The notes below the pieces were generated by a model, which worked only from the letters and a program-made list of their open reading frames with translations, ran no database searches and was not told the origin of the DNA. From a virus, in the IMG/VR virus record IMGVR_UViG_3300037797_000117, positions 102,388 to 166,387 of that record: DNA of 64,000 nt; one strand, 5' to 3'. Below are positions 27,231 to 36,697 of this stretch, one piece after another. The position numbers and the translations under genes were made by a program. Each line of letters starts with the position of its first letter. The stretch's first letter is position 1.

Positions 27231-28010
27231 GTGGCCGACTTCGATGTGCGAACCGCTGACCTGCGCGCTCTCAACTCGATGACGAAGTACCCGTCGATCC
27301 CGACCTACCACGCCCTGGACCCGAAGAACGGCAACCTCCTCGAAGACCCCGTCCGGTTCACCGGCCACGTCATCGCGACCGAGAAGGTCGACGGCACCAA
27401 CGGGCGGATCATCCTCCTCCCCGACGGCACCTACCTGATCGGATCGAGGGAAACCCTCCTCTACGCCAAGGGCGACCTAATCGGTGACGCCACCCTCGGC
27501 ATCGTCGACGCCCTGCGTCCCATCGCGGACGGCATCGACGGACACGTCGACCCGTCCGGGGCGGTGCAGGTCCTGTACGTCGAGGTGTACGGCGGGAAGG
27601 TCACCCCTGCCAGCAAGCAGTACACCAGCACGGGCCGGGTCGGTGCACGACTGTTCGACTCCGCAGTGATCCCGGACGCCGTCAGCATGCTCGACTGGCC
27701 TGTGGAGCGGATCGCGTCATGGCGTGACGCCGGCGGCCAGTCCTTCCTAGACGAGGACGACCTGGACGCGTGCGTGGAGACGGCCGGTGTGGCGCTGGCG
27801 CCTCGGCTGTTTACGATGCCGGCCGCGGAGGTACCGACCGACGTCGAGGGCATGGCGAAGGCGTTGGCCGATTGGCTGCCTGTGTCGACGGTCGGGATCG
27901 ACCGCGACGGTGGACGCCCGGAAGGTGTGGTCCTGCGTACAGCCGACCGGGCGGTGATCGCGAAGGCCCGCTTCCAGGACTACGAGCGGACCCTGCGCCG
28001 CCGCAAGTAG
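27231..28010 (+). CDS. ATP-dependent RNA ligase family protein (Rnl2-like)
   Basis: KYPSIPT; motif I TEKVDGTN; EVYG; FD; EGVVLR; AK. Confidence 0.85.
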   Translation: MADFDVRTADLRALNSMTKYPSIPTYHALDPKNGNLLEDPVRFTGHVIATEKVDGTNGRIILLPDGTYLIGSRETLLYAKGDLIGDATLGIVDALRPIADGIDGHVDPSGAVQVLYVEVYGGKVTPASKQYTSTGRVGARLFDSAVIPDAVSMLDWPVERIASWRDAGGQSFLDEDDLDACVETAGVALAPRLFTMPAAEVPTDVEGMAKALADWLPVSTVGIDRDGGRPEGVVLRTADRAVIAKARFQDYERTLRRRK

Positions 28011-28060
28011 CCCCCGACGTTCCACCCTGTCCCAGGGATGTTCTAGGACAGGGTGGGCAC

Positions 28061-28134
28061 GGGCCGGTAGCTCAGCGGACAGAGCCCGGGGCTTCTACCT
28101 CCGGCGGGCGCGGGTTCGAGTCCCGCCCGGCCCT
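28061..28134 (+). tRNA. tRNA-Arg(TCT)
   Basis: Loop CTTCTAC. Confidence 0.9.
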
Positions 28135-28361
28135 CGCGGTGGAGTCGAGGATGGCGCGCAAGCTGGCCTCGATCCGTTCCGGGGTGTAGTACCGGTCGAG
28201 GGCTTCGTCGATCTGGCGCATCGTGATGGCGATGACGGCGTCGACCTGGTCGGCGGTCAGAGTGTCGATGTTCTTCATACCTGTGTAGTGCGTTCGGGCG
28301 CCGATCCGTGCAACCGAACCGCCAAATTGTTCAACCCGAGGGCTTCAGCCCGGGCAACCTT

Positions 28362-28432
28362 GGCCGATTCGACCATGGGTAGGTCGCTGCGTTCTCAGCG
28401 CGGTGCAGCGGGTTCGAGTCCCGCATCGGCTA
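28362..28432 (+). tRNA. tRNA-Glu(CTC)
   Basis: Loop TTCTCAG. Confidence 0.85.
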
Positions 28433-28466
28433 CAGCCCGCCTACGGCCGTGGGGGAAGCTGGCCCT

Positions 28467-28541
28467 GGTGACGTAGAGCAGTTTGGAGTGCTCGCCGCCC
28501 TGTCAAGGCGGAGGTCGCGGGTTCAAATCCCGTCGTTACCG
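28467..28541 (+). tRNA. tRNA-Asp(GTC)
   Basis: Loop CTGTCAA. Confidence 0.95.
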
Positions 28542-28682
28542 CGCGCACACGTGCGAAGTCGGATAGGCCGGCACCCGGTATCCCGGTGGCCGTCTGGCGC
28601 CGGCCGGCCCCGTGCACGGGGCCGGCCACCCCTTCACACGCAACGAGCCGACCGCCACCCTTTCGATGAAGGACACCAGCCG

Positions 28683-29477
28683 ATGAGTTCCCTGTTAGAA
28701 GATCTGACGTTCGCCAGCGCGCTGGCGAGGAAGCTCGGCCGCATGGTTACCTTCGCCGGCCGAGTCGGTGACGCCGTTGTCAAAGGCGACGGAACACCGC
28801 AGACCAGCCTGGACCGGGCCGTGAACGCTGCCTTCCGCACCGAGGTCGGTGAGCACCGGCCCGACGACCTCGCCTTGGGGGAAGAGGACACGGAGGAACA
28901 CCGGACCCCGCCGCCCGGCGCCCGTGTCTGGGTGTGTGACCCGGTCGACGGGACGTGGCTACTCCCCTTCGGCCTGCCGTACACGGTGGTTTCCGTCGCG
29001 CTGGTCGTCGACGGTGTCCCCGCCGTCGGGGTGGTCCTGGACCCGCACACCGGGCGCAGCTTCGAAGCGGTCACCGGCGGTGGTGCATATGAGGCCGGGC
29101 ACCGGCTCCAGGTCAACACCGTTCGGGGGCTGCGCGGGTCAGTCCTGGCACTTCCCTGCGGCAACGTCCCCGGGATGGACGTAGCCGGGATGCACCACGC
29201 TGCGGTCCGGTCCGGTGCGGACCTACTCTCCGTCGGGTCGGCAATCCACGACGCCACCCTGGTCCTGGGCGGGTTCGCCGCCGGGTACATCTACCCGTAC
29301 AGCTCGCCGTGGGACATGGCCGCGGTCGCCTGCCTGATCGGCGAGGCCGGCGGGAGAATCACAGCACTCGACGGGACCGTCCAGCGGTACGACCAGCCCA
29401 TCCGGGGTGCGGTCGTGTCGAACGGGTTCATGCACAACACCCTGCTCGGGCTGGTCGCCCGGCACCGGACCGGGTAA
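28683..29477 (+). CDS. inositol monophosphatase (SuhB/CysQ/HisN) family phosphatase
   Basis: LGEE, WVCDPVDGT, PWDMAA...EAGG. Confidence 0.9.
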   Translation: MSSLLEDLTFASALARKLGRMVTFAGRVGDAVVKGDGTPQTSLDRAVNAAFRTEVGEHRPDDLALGEEDTEEHRTPPPGARVWVCDPVDGTWLLPFGLPYTVVSVALVVDGVPAVGVVLDPHTGRSFEAVTGGGAYEAGHRLQVNTVRGLRGSVLALPCGNVPGMDVAGMHHAAVRSGADLLSVGSAIHDATLVLGGFAAGYIYPYSSPWDMAAVACLIGEAGGRITALDGTVQRYDQPIRGAVVSNGFMHNTLLGLVARHRTG

Positions 29478-29486
29478 CCCGTCCCT

Positions 29487-29560
29487 GTCGTCGTAGCTCA
29501 GTCGGTTAGAGCACGGCCCTGATAAGGCCGAGGTCGAGCGTTCGATTCGCTCCGGCGACA
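29487..29560 (+). tRNA. tRNA-Ile(GAT)
   Basis: Loop CTGATAA. Confidence 0.9.
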
Positions 29561-29727
29561 CCGAAACGCCCCCCGGGTTACCCGGGGGGCGTTCGAGAGG
29601 GTCCCTGGCTAGAGACTCCCCGGACGATACACCCGCCCCTCTTTGCCAAGGTCACCGCCGGTGAAGAAGTGGGCACCGTGGGGTGAAATGTAGGTACCCG
29701 TCTGGTTCTGTGCTTGTATCAGTCACT

Positions 29728-29982
29728 ATGACGGGACCCCGCACGGCGAAACAGATCGCTGCCCGCATCGAGGAAGAGATCCGCGCCGGGCGGCGCCCAC
29801 CCGGCGCCCGGCTACCCACCCAGCCCGAGCTTGCCGCGTTCTATCAGGTCAGCCGGATGACCGCGGCGCGGGCGTACAACCTGCTCCACGAACGTGGCCT
29901 CACCCGCGGTACACCCGGCTCCGGTACCTTCGTACGCGACCGCCGGTCGTGGCAGGACACCACCACCAGCAAGCCCTCGTAG
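29728..29982 (+). CDS. GntR-family wHTH-only regulator
   Basis: IAARIEEEIRAG..PGARLPTQPELAAFYQVSRMTA..G.GTFV. Confidence 0.85.
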   Translation: MTGPRTAKQIAARIEEEIRAGRRPPGARLPTQPELAAFYQVSRMTAARAYNLLHERGLTRGTPGSGTFVRDRRSWQDTTTSKPS

Positions 29983-30044
29983 CTCAGGGGATAGAGCAAC
30001 GGTCTACGGAACCGTGTGCGCGGGTTCGATTCCCGCCGAGGGCT
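29973..30044 (+). tRNA. tRNA-Arg(ACG)
   Basis: Loop CTACGGA. Confidence 0.9.
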
Positions 30045-30092
30045 CAATGGCGCGACACTTCCAACATAGCTCACGACATGTAGGATTGAGCT

Positions 30093-30836
30093 ATGTCTAG
30101 AGGCGTAAAACGGCAGGTATCAGATGACGACCTCAAAGAGGCAGTCGTCGAGTCAGGTTCTTGGAGGGGCGTTCTTCGCGCCCTTGGATATGCTGCCACC
30201 AGCGGTGGGCTATCAGCCCGACTCCAAGGCCGGGCACGAATCCTGGGTCTTGATACGTCTCACTTTGCCGGCCAACGTACATGGTCGAATGCTGAGTTGA
30301 GCGAGGCAGTAAGCCTGAGCGGTACGTGGACCGAGGTTGTCAGACGGATGGGCTTATCGGAATCAAGACCAAATACGACGAAGGTAAAGGCATGGGCAAT
30401 TCGGAGGGGCATCGAACATTCGCACCTCGCTCGATACGGGCAGGTGGCGCGAGGAGAGATGCCCTTCACCGCCGAGCCGTCTACCCGTTTCCTGCGCTCC
30501 GCCGCTCCGTCGATGGCGACAGCCTGGTTCATCCGACGGGGTTACTCAATCAGTTACCCAACCGAGCCGTGCTCGGACGATCTGATCGCAGACTGCGGTG
30601 GCAAGCTACACCGGATTCAGGTAAAAAGTGTGACAGTGCGCGACGGAGCGGCCTGGATCTGTAACCTGACGCACCACAACACGTTCCGGGGAAGCTGTGT
30701 ATACGACCCGGACGCCGTAGATTTCTTTTTCATCATCGATGGCGGCGGCGGGTACCACCTCATCCCCATCGAAGACATCGCGGGCCAAGGGGACGTTTCT
30801 CTTCCCCGGCCTGGTCGTGAAATTCCCTCGTACTGA
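30093..30836 (+). CDS. group-I-intron-type PD-(D/E)XK endonuclease, second copy
   Basis: Homologous to 25974 ORF; DLIAD...RIQVKS...YDPDAVDFFF; lower GC. Confidence 0.8.
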   Translation: MSRGVKRQVSDDDLKEAVVESGSWRGVLRALGYAATSGGLSARLQGRARILGLDTSHFAGQRTWSNAELSEAVSLSGTWTEVVRRMGLSESRPNTTKVKAWAIRRGIEHSHLARYGQVARGEMPFTAEPSTRFLRSAAPSMATAWFIRRGYSISYPTEPCSDDLIADCGGKLHRIQVKSVTVRDGAAWICNLTHHNTFRGSCVYDPDAVDFFFIIDGGGGYHLIPIEDIAGQGDVSLPRPGREIPSY

Positions 30837-30841
30837 AGCTG

Positions 30842-30915
30842 CGGGACGTAGTTCAGCCAGGAAGAACGCCGCGCTGGGGGCGCGGAGGCCGCAGGTTCAA
30901 GTCCTGTCGTCCCGA
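30842..30915 (+). tRNA. tRNA-Pro(GGG)
   Basis: Loop CTGGGGG. Confidence 0.9.
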
Positions 30916-30937
30916 CGGTCGCACTAAGATCGCGTTC

Positions 30938-31165
30938 ATGGCCGACCCGTTCGAGATTCCTGGCTTTCCTGACCCACGATCGGTTCATCTCCGGATAGTC
31001 ATCTCGGCAGCGATGGACGCGCATGCAGGTGGGGCATCCGTAGAGGCGAGCGTTACCCAGGCGGCGGTGAACGGTTGGTTCGAGGGGCATATCGAGGGCG
31101 AGGCGTGCCGGGGTTGTGCTGCGGCTGAGCGGTTGCCTCCCGTGCCGAACTACCCACTGGAATAG
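30938..31165 (+). CDS. hypothetical protein
   Basis: ORF track. Confidence 0.45.
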   Translation: MADPFEIPGFPDPRSVHLRIVISAAMDAHAGGASVEASVTQAAVNGWFEGHIEGEACRGCAAAERLPPVPNYPLE

Positions 31166-31197
31166 CTCGGATAGCGTGCTGAGCAGGGGTTGGAGCG

Positions 31198-31764
31198 TCA
31201 CGCCGGCGGGAAGTCCTTCCACGACCGCGACTCCGTCGGCCCTTCCTGCCCCTGGTAGCGGGAGCCGAGCCCGTCCGTCCCGTACAGCCGGTCGACGGGT
31301 GACGACACCCGCAGGACACACAACTGGCCGACCTTCATGCCGACCCACAGACGCAGCGGCAGCGTGTTCACGTTGGACAGCTCCAGGGTGACGTGCCCGT
31401 CGAAGCCCGGGTCGATGAAGCCGGCGGTGGAGTGAACGACCAGTCCGAGCCGGCCGAGGCTTGACTTGCCTTCGAGGCGGGCGGCGAGCTGCCCACCGAG
31501 GCGGATCCGTTCAATGGTGGTGCCCAACGCAAACTCGCCCGGGTGTAGCAGGAACCCTTCGTGCCCGACCCGGATGAGGGTGGTCAACCCGTCCAACCGG
31601 ACGGCCGGGTCGATGTGGGTGTGCTGGTGAGAGTTGAACACCCGGAACAGCCGGCCGAGACGGATATCGACGCTGGCCGGCTGGACCAGGTCCGGGTCGT
31701 ACGGGTCGAGGCTGAGACTGCCGGCGGCGATCTCACCCTTCAGGTCACGGTCGGAAAGGATCAC
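31198..31764 (-). CDS. dcd: dCTP deaminase
   Basis: [46 protein letters not shown]. Confidence 0.95.
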   Translation of the reverse strand: MILSDRDLKGEIAAGSLSLDPYDPDLVQPASVDIRLGRLFRVFNSHQHTHIDPAVRLDGLTTLIRVGHEGFLLHPGEFALGTTIERIRLGGQLAARLEGKSSLGRLGLVVHSTAGFIDPGFDGHVTLELSNVNTLPLRLWVGMKVGQLCVLRVSSPVDRLYGTDGLGSRYQGQEGPTESRSWKDFPPA

Positions 31765-31797
31765 GACCGGCAGCCTACGGCGGCCAGGGCCGGACAT

Positions 31798-31874
31798 CGG
31801 GATGTGGCGCAGCTTGGTAGCGCGCTCGCTTTGGGAGCGAGAGGCCGCGGGTTCAAATCCCGCCGTCCCGACCA
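31798..31874 (+). tRNA. tRNA-Pro(TGG)
   Basis: Loop TTTGGGA; encoded CCA. Confidence 0.95.
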
Positions 31875-31945
31875 CGTAACATGGTCAACCTCATCGTGGG
31901 TGGTGAGAACCCGGCGCCTGACCGACACCCAGGCGCCGGGACCAG

Positions 31946-32019
31946 CGGGTTGTGGTGCAGCTTGGTAGCACGCCGCGTTCGGGACGCGGAAGTCGTCGGT
32001 TCAAATCCGGCCAACCCGA
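31946..32019 (+). tRNA. tRNA-Pro(CGG)
   Basis: Loop TTCGGGA. Confidence 0.95.
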
Positions 32020-32065
32020 CGTTCATCAACAATACGGAGCCGTCACCTCCAAGTGACCGGCATCG

Positions 32066-32308
32066 TTGATGCCGGTCATGGATGACGTTAACGACCGCCC
32101 CCTTCACGAGCTGATCGGTACGCCGGATAGCCCGGGACCGTTCAGGTTTCCCCGCTTCCAGCACAGTTCGACGTGCCGCGAGAACCGCGACCTGCTTCTT
32201 GACCCGTTCCGGACGGACGAAGAGGACCGCCCGGAGACCCTCCGCGATCTTCCCTGCCTCTGCGACCGGGGCAACTGGGAGTTGGTTCCCCGCGGGGGGG
32301 GCGAGTGA
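32066..32308 (+). CDS. hypothetical protein
   Basis: ORF track. Confidence 0.4.
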   Translation: MMPVMDDVNDRPLHELIGTPDSPGPFRFPRFQHSSTCRENRDLLLDPFRTDEEDRPETLRDLPCLCDRGNWELVPRGGGE

Positions 32309-32395
32309 TCGGGACTGGGCGGCCGAGCCGACGTGACAGATCAATGCCCCCCTAATCCGGTAGGGGTTTAGGAAGGAAGTCTTGAGGGAGGGCAC

Positions 32396-32737
32396 ATGGA
32401 AGGCGCGAGTCTTGTCGACGAAGTACGGGCGTTTATGCAGGAAGCGGAGGATATTGCCGACGCCTACCGGCGGGCTCAGCTGAGGGACGATGAGGAGGAA
32501 TATGCCCAGGGTGAACAACAAGGGGAGGACTTCAACGTGAGGTTCTCCGCGTTCGCGCTGCGGGCCGAACGAACCCACGCCATTCCGCGCCGTGTGGCCG
32601 ACGAGGCGGGCGCAGCCGCAACGCTGGTTCGCCGGGCCGTACACGGGTATCCAGACCCGGCCTTGAAGGCAAGTGCCTGGCGTGAGATTGCATCCGAGTG
32701 CGAAGGGATCAACGCGGTGCTTGATGCGCTCCCTTGA
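32396..32737 (+). CDS. hypothetical helical protein
   Basis: GGGAGG RBS. Confidence 0.55.
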   Translation: MEGASLVDEVRAFMQEAEDIADAYRRAQLRDDEEEYAQGEQQGEDFNVRFSAFALRAERTHAIPRRVADEAGAAATLVRRAVHGYPDPALKASAWREIASECEGINAVLDALP

Positions 32738-32744
32738 TTCCTCG

Positions 32745-32827
32745 GGAGGGTAGCGCTTAGTGGTAGGCAACCGGTCTTGAAAACCGGGCCACGGTCACCC
32801 GTGAAGGTTCGACTCCTTTACTCTCCG
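32745..32827 (+). tRNA. tRNA-Ser(TGA)
   Basis: Loop CTTGAAA; long variable arm; G73. Confidence 0.85.
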
Positions 32828-33069
32828 CAGAGCGGCCGAACTTCGATCCGGGGTGGCAGCTCCAATCCAGCCGGAGCCCGGTTCGGGGCGTACCTGGTGA
32901 CCCACCTGTCCGCGTTGCGGCGCCACCTGAACCGGACCGACTCGATCGGGTGTTCCTGGCCGTCGAACCGGTCGACGACGACAGCAGTCCAGCGTGGCCG
33001 GACGCCGAGGAAGGCGCACAGGATGGCGTCGAGCATCATCCGGCCAGGATAGGACCCCTGGCTACCCAG

Positions 33070-33142
33070 CTCCCGGTAGCTCAATGGACAGAGCACCCCG
33101 GTCCTAACGGGACGGTTGCGCGTTCGAGTCGCGCCCGGGAGG
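33070..33142 (+). tRNA. tRNA-Arg(CCT)
   Basis: Loop GTCCTAA. Confidence 0.85.
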
Positions 33143-33459
33143 CACAAGGTACCCTGCAACCGCCGGCGGGCCGCCCCGGATTCATCGAGGAGCTTCTTGG
33201 CAGGATCAACTCGCCTGGGCGGCCCGCCGGCGCTCCCTGAACGCCGACACACCTTCGGCCACCGCCGCGGTCGCGGCGAGGGCCACGGTCACCCGGTCCA
33301 GCGTCGGTTCCTGCACCCACGCCACCCACGCGGCCACGGCCGCCAACACCAGCAGAATCTGAATGGTCCTCACCACGGTTCCCCTTTCGACACCTCCGAT
33401 CGTCGGGTGCCGACCCGGGAATCCATCTGCGACAAACCTGAAGGTCATCTGAAGTACGC

Positions 33460-33532
33460 GCGCCGGTAGCACAGCGGCTTGTGCGGCAAACTTTTAATTT
33501 GACAGGCGTGGGTTCGAGTCCCACCCGGCGCA
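33460..33532 (+). tRNA. tRNA-Lys(TTT)
   Basis: Loop CTTTTAA. Confidence 0.85.
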
Positions 33533-33561
33533 CGCATGGAAGTGGTACGTTTGAAGGACGC

Positions 33562-33638
33562 AGCGTGGTGGAGCAGCTCGGTAGCTCGTTGGGCTCATAA
33601 CCCAGAGGTCACAGGTTCAAATCCTGTCCACGCCACCA
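33562..33638 (+). tRNA. initiator tRNA-fMet(CAT)
   Basis: 1:72 mismatch, three G-C pairs in anticodon stem, CCA. Confidence 0.95.
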
Positions 33639-33706
33639 GACCCGCAAGGGTCTGAAGTGCAACGTACGGCCCGGCCATCGCGGATAGGTGGCCGGGCCGT
33701 ACGTAT

Positions 33707-33784
33707 GTTCCGGTAGCTCAGCCCGGTAAGAGCACCGCCTCGACACGGCGGACGTCGGGGGTTCAACTCCCTCCCGGAACACCA
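33707..33784 (+). tRNA. tRNA-Val(GAC)
   Basis: Loop TCGACAC (C33); CCA. Confidence 0.85.
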
Positions 33785-33815
33785 CACCACCACCTGGGGC
33801 GTACCGTCCCCCCGT

Positions 33816-34094
33816 ATGGGTGACGAAGACGACCAGCTCCCGATCGACCGGGCCATGGCGGAGTGGTGGCTCGGCCAGGTCGAAGAGGATCTGAAGGCGG
33901 CGATCGCGTCGAACAACCACGACTGCATCCGCCGGTTCACCGCCTACCGGGCGGTGGCCCACATGTTTCAGCGGACGTTGGACGCGGATCCGCGGGGTGC
34001 CCGGCCGGGGTTGCGGCTGGCGGTGCAGCGGCTGGCCGCGAACCACGCCGCCCGGGAGGGGTACAGCCGTGGGTGGCGCCCGTCCGGCTGGTAG
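33816..34094 (+). CDS. DUF6221-like phage protein
   Basis: C-terminal LAANHAAREGYSRGWRP pattern. Confidence 0.55.
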   Translation: MGDEDDQLPIDRAMAEWWLGQVEEDLKAAIASNNHDCIRRFTAYRAVAHMFQRTLDADPRGARPGLRLAVQRLAANHAAREGYSRGWRPSGW

Positions 34095-34097
34095 CAA

Positions 34098-34171
34098 CGC
34101 GCGTTCGGTTATGGGTAGGCCGTCGCTCTTTCAAAGCGGCAGAACGGGTTCGAGTCCCGTACGCGCGACCA
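34098..34171 (+). tRNA. tRNA-Glu(TTC)
   Basis: Loop CTTTCAA; CCA. Confidence 0.9.
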
Positions 34172-34172
34172 T

Positions 34173-34245
34173 TCTCCTGTAGCTCAACTGGCAGAGCAGC
34201 CGGCCGTTAACCGGAAGATCGTTGGTTCGAATCCAACCGGGAGAG
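34173..34245 (+). tRNA. tRNA-Asn(GTT)
   Basis: Loop CCGTTAA. Confidence 0.9.
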
Positions 34246-34318
34246 CAAGCGGACGGCCCCGCACCGTGGGGTGCGGGGCCGTTGGGATGGGGCTTCGGCG
34301 GGGCTAGTCAGTCCAGGC

Positions 34319-34696
34319 CTACGCGACGAAGGTCGTCGGCCTGCGGATCCACGCGTTGACGTCGTCGGCCAGCGAGTGGACGGCCTGGACGACGGCCCGG
34401 GCCACGCTGGTAGTGGTCTTCACCGTCGTCTCGAACGATTCGGTGTTCTCGCCGATGCTTACGGTCGCGAGCACGGTAGCGGAGCCTGGCCTGTCGTACT
34501 TCTTGGCCTTGTCGCTCCACCCGTCCCTGGGGAGCCCGGCCCACCCGCGGGCGATGTCACCGGCGGCGGCGTTGATAGCGCCCATCGCGGTGCTGTACGG
34601 GTTTCCGGTGGTGGCGTAGCTGGTCTCGGTGTCGACGATGACCGCGCCGTCCGGCTCGGTAACGTAGATCCCCACGCTGATGACGGTCTTGTCCAT
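34319..34696 (-). CDS. hypothetical protein
   Basis: AGGA RBS, typical codon usage. Confidence 0.6.
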   Translation of the reverse strand: MDKTVISVGIYVTEPDGAVIVDTETSYATTGNPYSTAMGAINAAAGDIARGWAGLPRDGWSDKAKKYDRPGSATVLATVSIGENTESFETTVKTTTSVARAVVQAVHSLADDVNAWIRRPTTFVA

Positions 34697-34806
34697 GCGT
34701 TGTTCCTGCCTTCGGTTCGGCGAAACCCGCTCTCCGGGCCCCGCATCGAACCGCTATGGTACCTGGATTCGCGGGTACCACGCAACGTGTGGCGTGTGGC
34801 TGCCGG

Positions 34807-35076
34807 TCAGAAGTGGTGCCAGTCGCGGGAGTTGCCGTGGTTCGCGCGCACGCCGGGGCCCGCGGGGTGGGGTTCACCGGTGGCGCACGGCCAGTGCACG
34901 GCGACAGTCACCGGCGGGTACGGCAGGCCGGCCCGGGCTCGGGAGCGGGCCGTCGGGTCACCGCCGGGGCCGAGGTGGATGAGGGTGGCCCACTGCCCGG
35001 CTTCGATCGGGTCGGGGCAGGCGTGGCAGCGGTCGTCGGCGCCGGCCTGGAACGGGGTGAGGGCGGGTCGGCGCAT
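34807..35076 (-). CDS. small Zn-binding hypothetical protein
   Basis: CHAC...IEAG...HWPC; GGAG RBS. Confidence 0.5.
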   Translation of the reverse strand: MRRPALTPFQAGADDRCHACPDPIEAGQWATLIHLGPGGDPTARSRARAGLPYPPVTVAVHWPCATGEPHPAGPGVRANHGNSRDWHHF

Positions 35077-35083
35077 GGGTTCT

Positions 35084-35155
35084 CCGTCGCGGCAGGCCGG
35101 TGTCTGACGCTGCCTTATAAGCAGCCCTAGTGGAGTTCGACTCTCCAGCGGCGGA
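35084..35155 (+). tRNA. tRNA-Ile(TAT), atypical D-arm
   Basis: CCGTCGC/GCGGCGG acceptor; GCTGC-CTTATAA-GCAGC; TGGAG-TTCGACT-CTCCA. Confidence 0.75.
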
Positions 35156-35403
35156 CGATCAAACTCCCGACCTGGAGGGTAGGTCGCGCAAATAGGTCGA
35201 CGTGCGTGTTTGCCCGAATGTGCGTGAGTGAATACCGGGGGTAGTTCCGCAGATGCGGTTCGGTTGTCATGCTGGGGTTTGTCCGACGGTCTCAACGGTG
35301 AGGCGGTTGGGCTTGGGAAACAGGGTTCGGCAGACCCTTCGGCCCCGGCGGCGGCAACCCCCACGTTCTCCCGTCGGGGTCGATCCACGCCTGGCGGGTC
35401 TCT

Positions 35404-35477
35404 GCCCGTGTAGCTCAATCTGGGTGAGCGGCGCCGTCACAGGGCGAAGGTCGGGGGTTCAAATCCCTCCACGGGCA
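35404..35477 (+). tRNA. tRNA-Val(CAC)
   Basis: Loop GTCACAG. Confidence 0.85.
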
Positions 35478-35482
35478 CGCGG

Positions 35483-35512
35483 TTGCACCGATTCCGGGGT
35501 ACGGGGTACCGT
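35483..35512 (+). promoter_or_regulatory. GGGGTAC-repeat promoter (copy 3)
   Basis: TTGCAC-N18-TACCGT. Confidence 0.6.
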
Positions 35513-35614
35513 CGATGTAAGTCGAGTTCGCAACACACCACCCCGGTGTGAAAACCCGACCCCGGTCGGCGTCAGAACCCGCCAGGACTCAGGCGCCGGC
35601 CGGCACCACCCGAT

Positions 35615-35692
35615 GGTGTCTGTAGCTCAACAGGAAGGGCGCCAGGTTGTGGACCTGGTCATGTGCGGGTTCGAGTCCCGTCAGGCACCCCA
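35615..35692 (+). tRNA. tRNA-His(GTG)
   Basis: G-1:C73, loop TTGTGGA, CCA. Confidence 0.9.
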
Positions 35693-35693
35693 A

Positions 35694-35773
35694 GTGCGTC
35701 GTGAGCATCGGCCAGCTCAGCGGTTTGTAACACCGTCCCGAAAGGTGACCCGGTTCGAATCCGGGGGCGCGCA
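35694..35773 (+). tRNA. tRNA-Tyr(GTA)
   Basis: Loop TTGTAAC; variable arm. Confidence 0.85.
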
Positions 35774-36308
35774 CGTGAAGATGAACAGGTTGCTCAGGTT
35801 GTACCGCCTGGTGTACCCGCCGGGCCAGCCGATCCGGGCGTACGCGACGGAGATCGTCATCATGCCGATCGAAGACCGGCGCGGTGCCTGGCCGTACCGC
35901 TACTCGGTGTGGATCGGCGACCTGCTGCTGTCCCCCACGGTCACCAGGTTCGGCGCCCGGATGCTGGCCCGCCGTGTCCGCCGCGTCATCACCAACCGCC
36001 GCAGGGTTTCGACGTGATCGCGCTGCCGGAGGACGACACGCCGCGGGTCGAGTGGATAACCCGGGTTGTTTACCCGGCCGATCACGGGTCGAAGGTGGCC
36101 GGGCAGACGATCGACCTGGCTGCCGGCGGCGACCGGAAGCTGGCCGACCGGCGCCGCGGGTGGCATCTGCGGAACGGTGCGGCGTCGGCTGAGGTGATGA
36201 CGCGGACGTGGACCCCGTCGGAATGGGTGAGGGCCGGGCAGGGTATTCCGGCGGGGACCATCCCCACCCTCTAGCGCAATCCGTCAATGTCCGCTCACAA
36301 TCGGTGAC

Positions 36309-36653
36309 ATGGCGTGTCCGTTCCCCAGCCGTGGCCCGCCGCTGCACCTCGCCCCGTGGCAGTTCATCGGGTTCAACGAACAGTTCGACGAGTGGCAGGA
36401 CCGGGAGAACCCGCCGGAGGACCTCGTCGACCAGGTCGAAGCCTGGATTTCGGAGCTTGCCTCGACCACCGACCCGCGCCACGGCGCCCACCCGGTTTCA
36501 GGCGGCGACGAGTTCGAGCATGCGGTGCAGGTGACCGACTTCGGCGTAGACGGCCGGGCCGTGGTCTGCACGTACCGGATCGAAGACGATGCCTACAAGG
36601 TGTGGTGCGTGCGGTTCGAGTCGAGCGACACCCCGCCCCAGGCCGGCCACTGA
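36309..36653 (+). CDS. hypothetical protein (possibly RelE-like fold)
   Basis: Acidic ORF ending in beta-strands VVCTYRI..YKVWCVRF. Confidence 0.5.
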   Translation: MACPFPSRGPPLHLAPWQFIGFNEQFDEWQDRENPPEDLVDQVEAWISELASTTDPRHGAHPVSGGDEFEHAVQVTDFGVDGRAVVCTYRIEDDAYKVWCVRFESSDTPPQAGH

Positions 36654-36697
36654 CGAACCGTCTGGACTTGCCGAAGTTCCCCGGGCATGCTGGTGGT

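Noticed and set aside
33816-34094. C-terminal RPSGW as an eighth FVSxW tag
   Set aside because: Lacks the F-V positions and belongs to the family's own conserved ending
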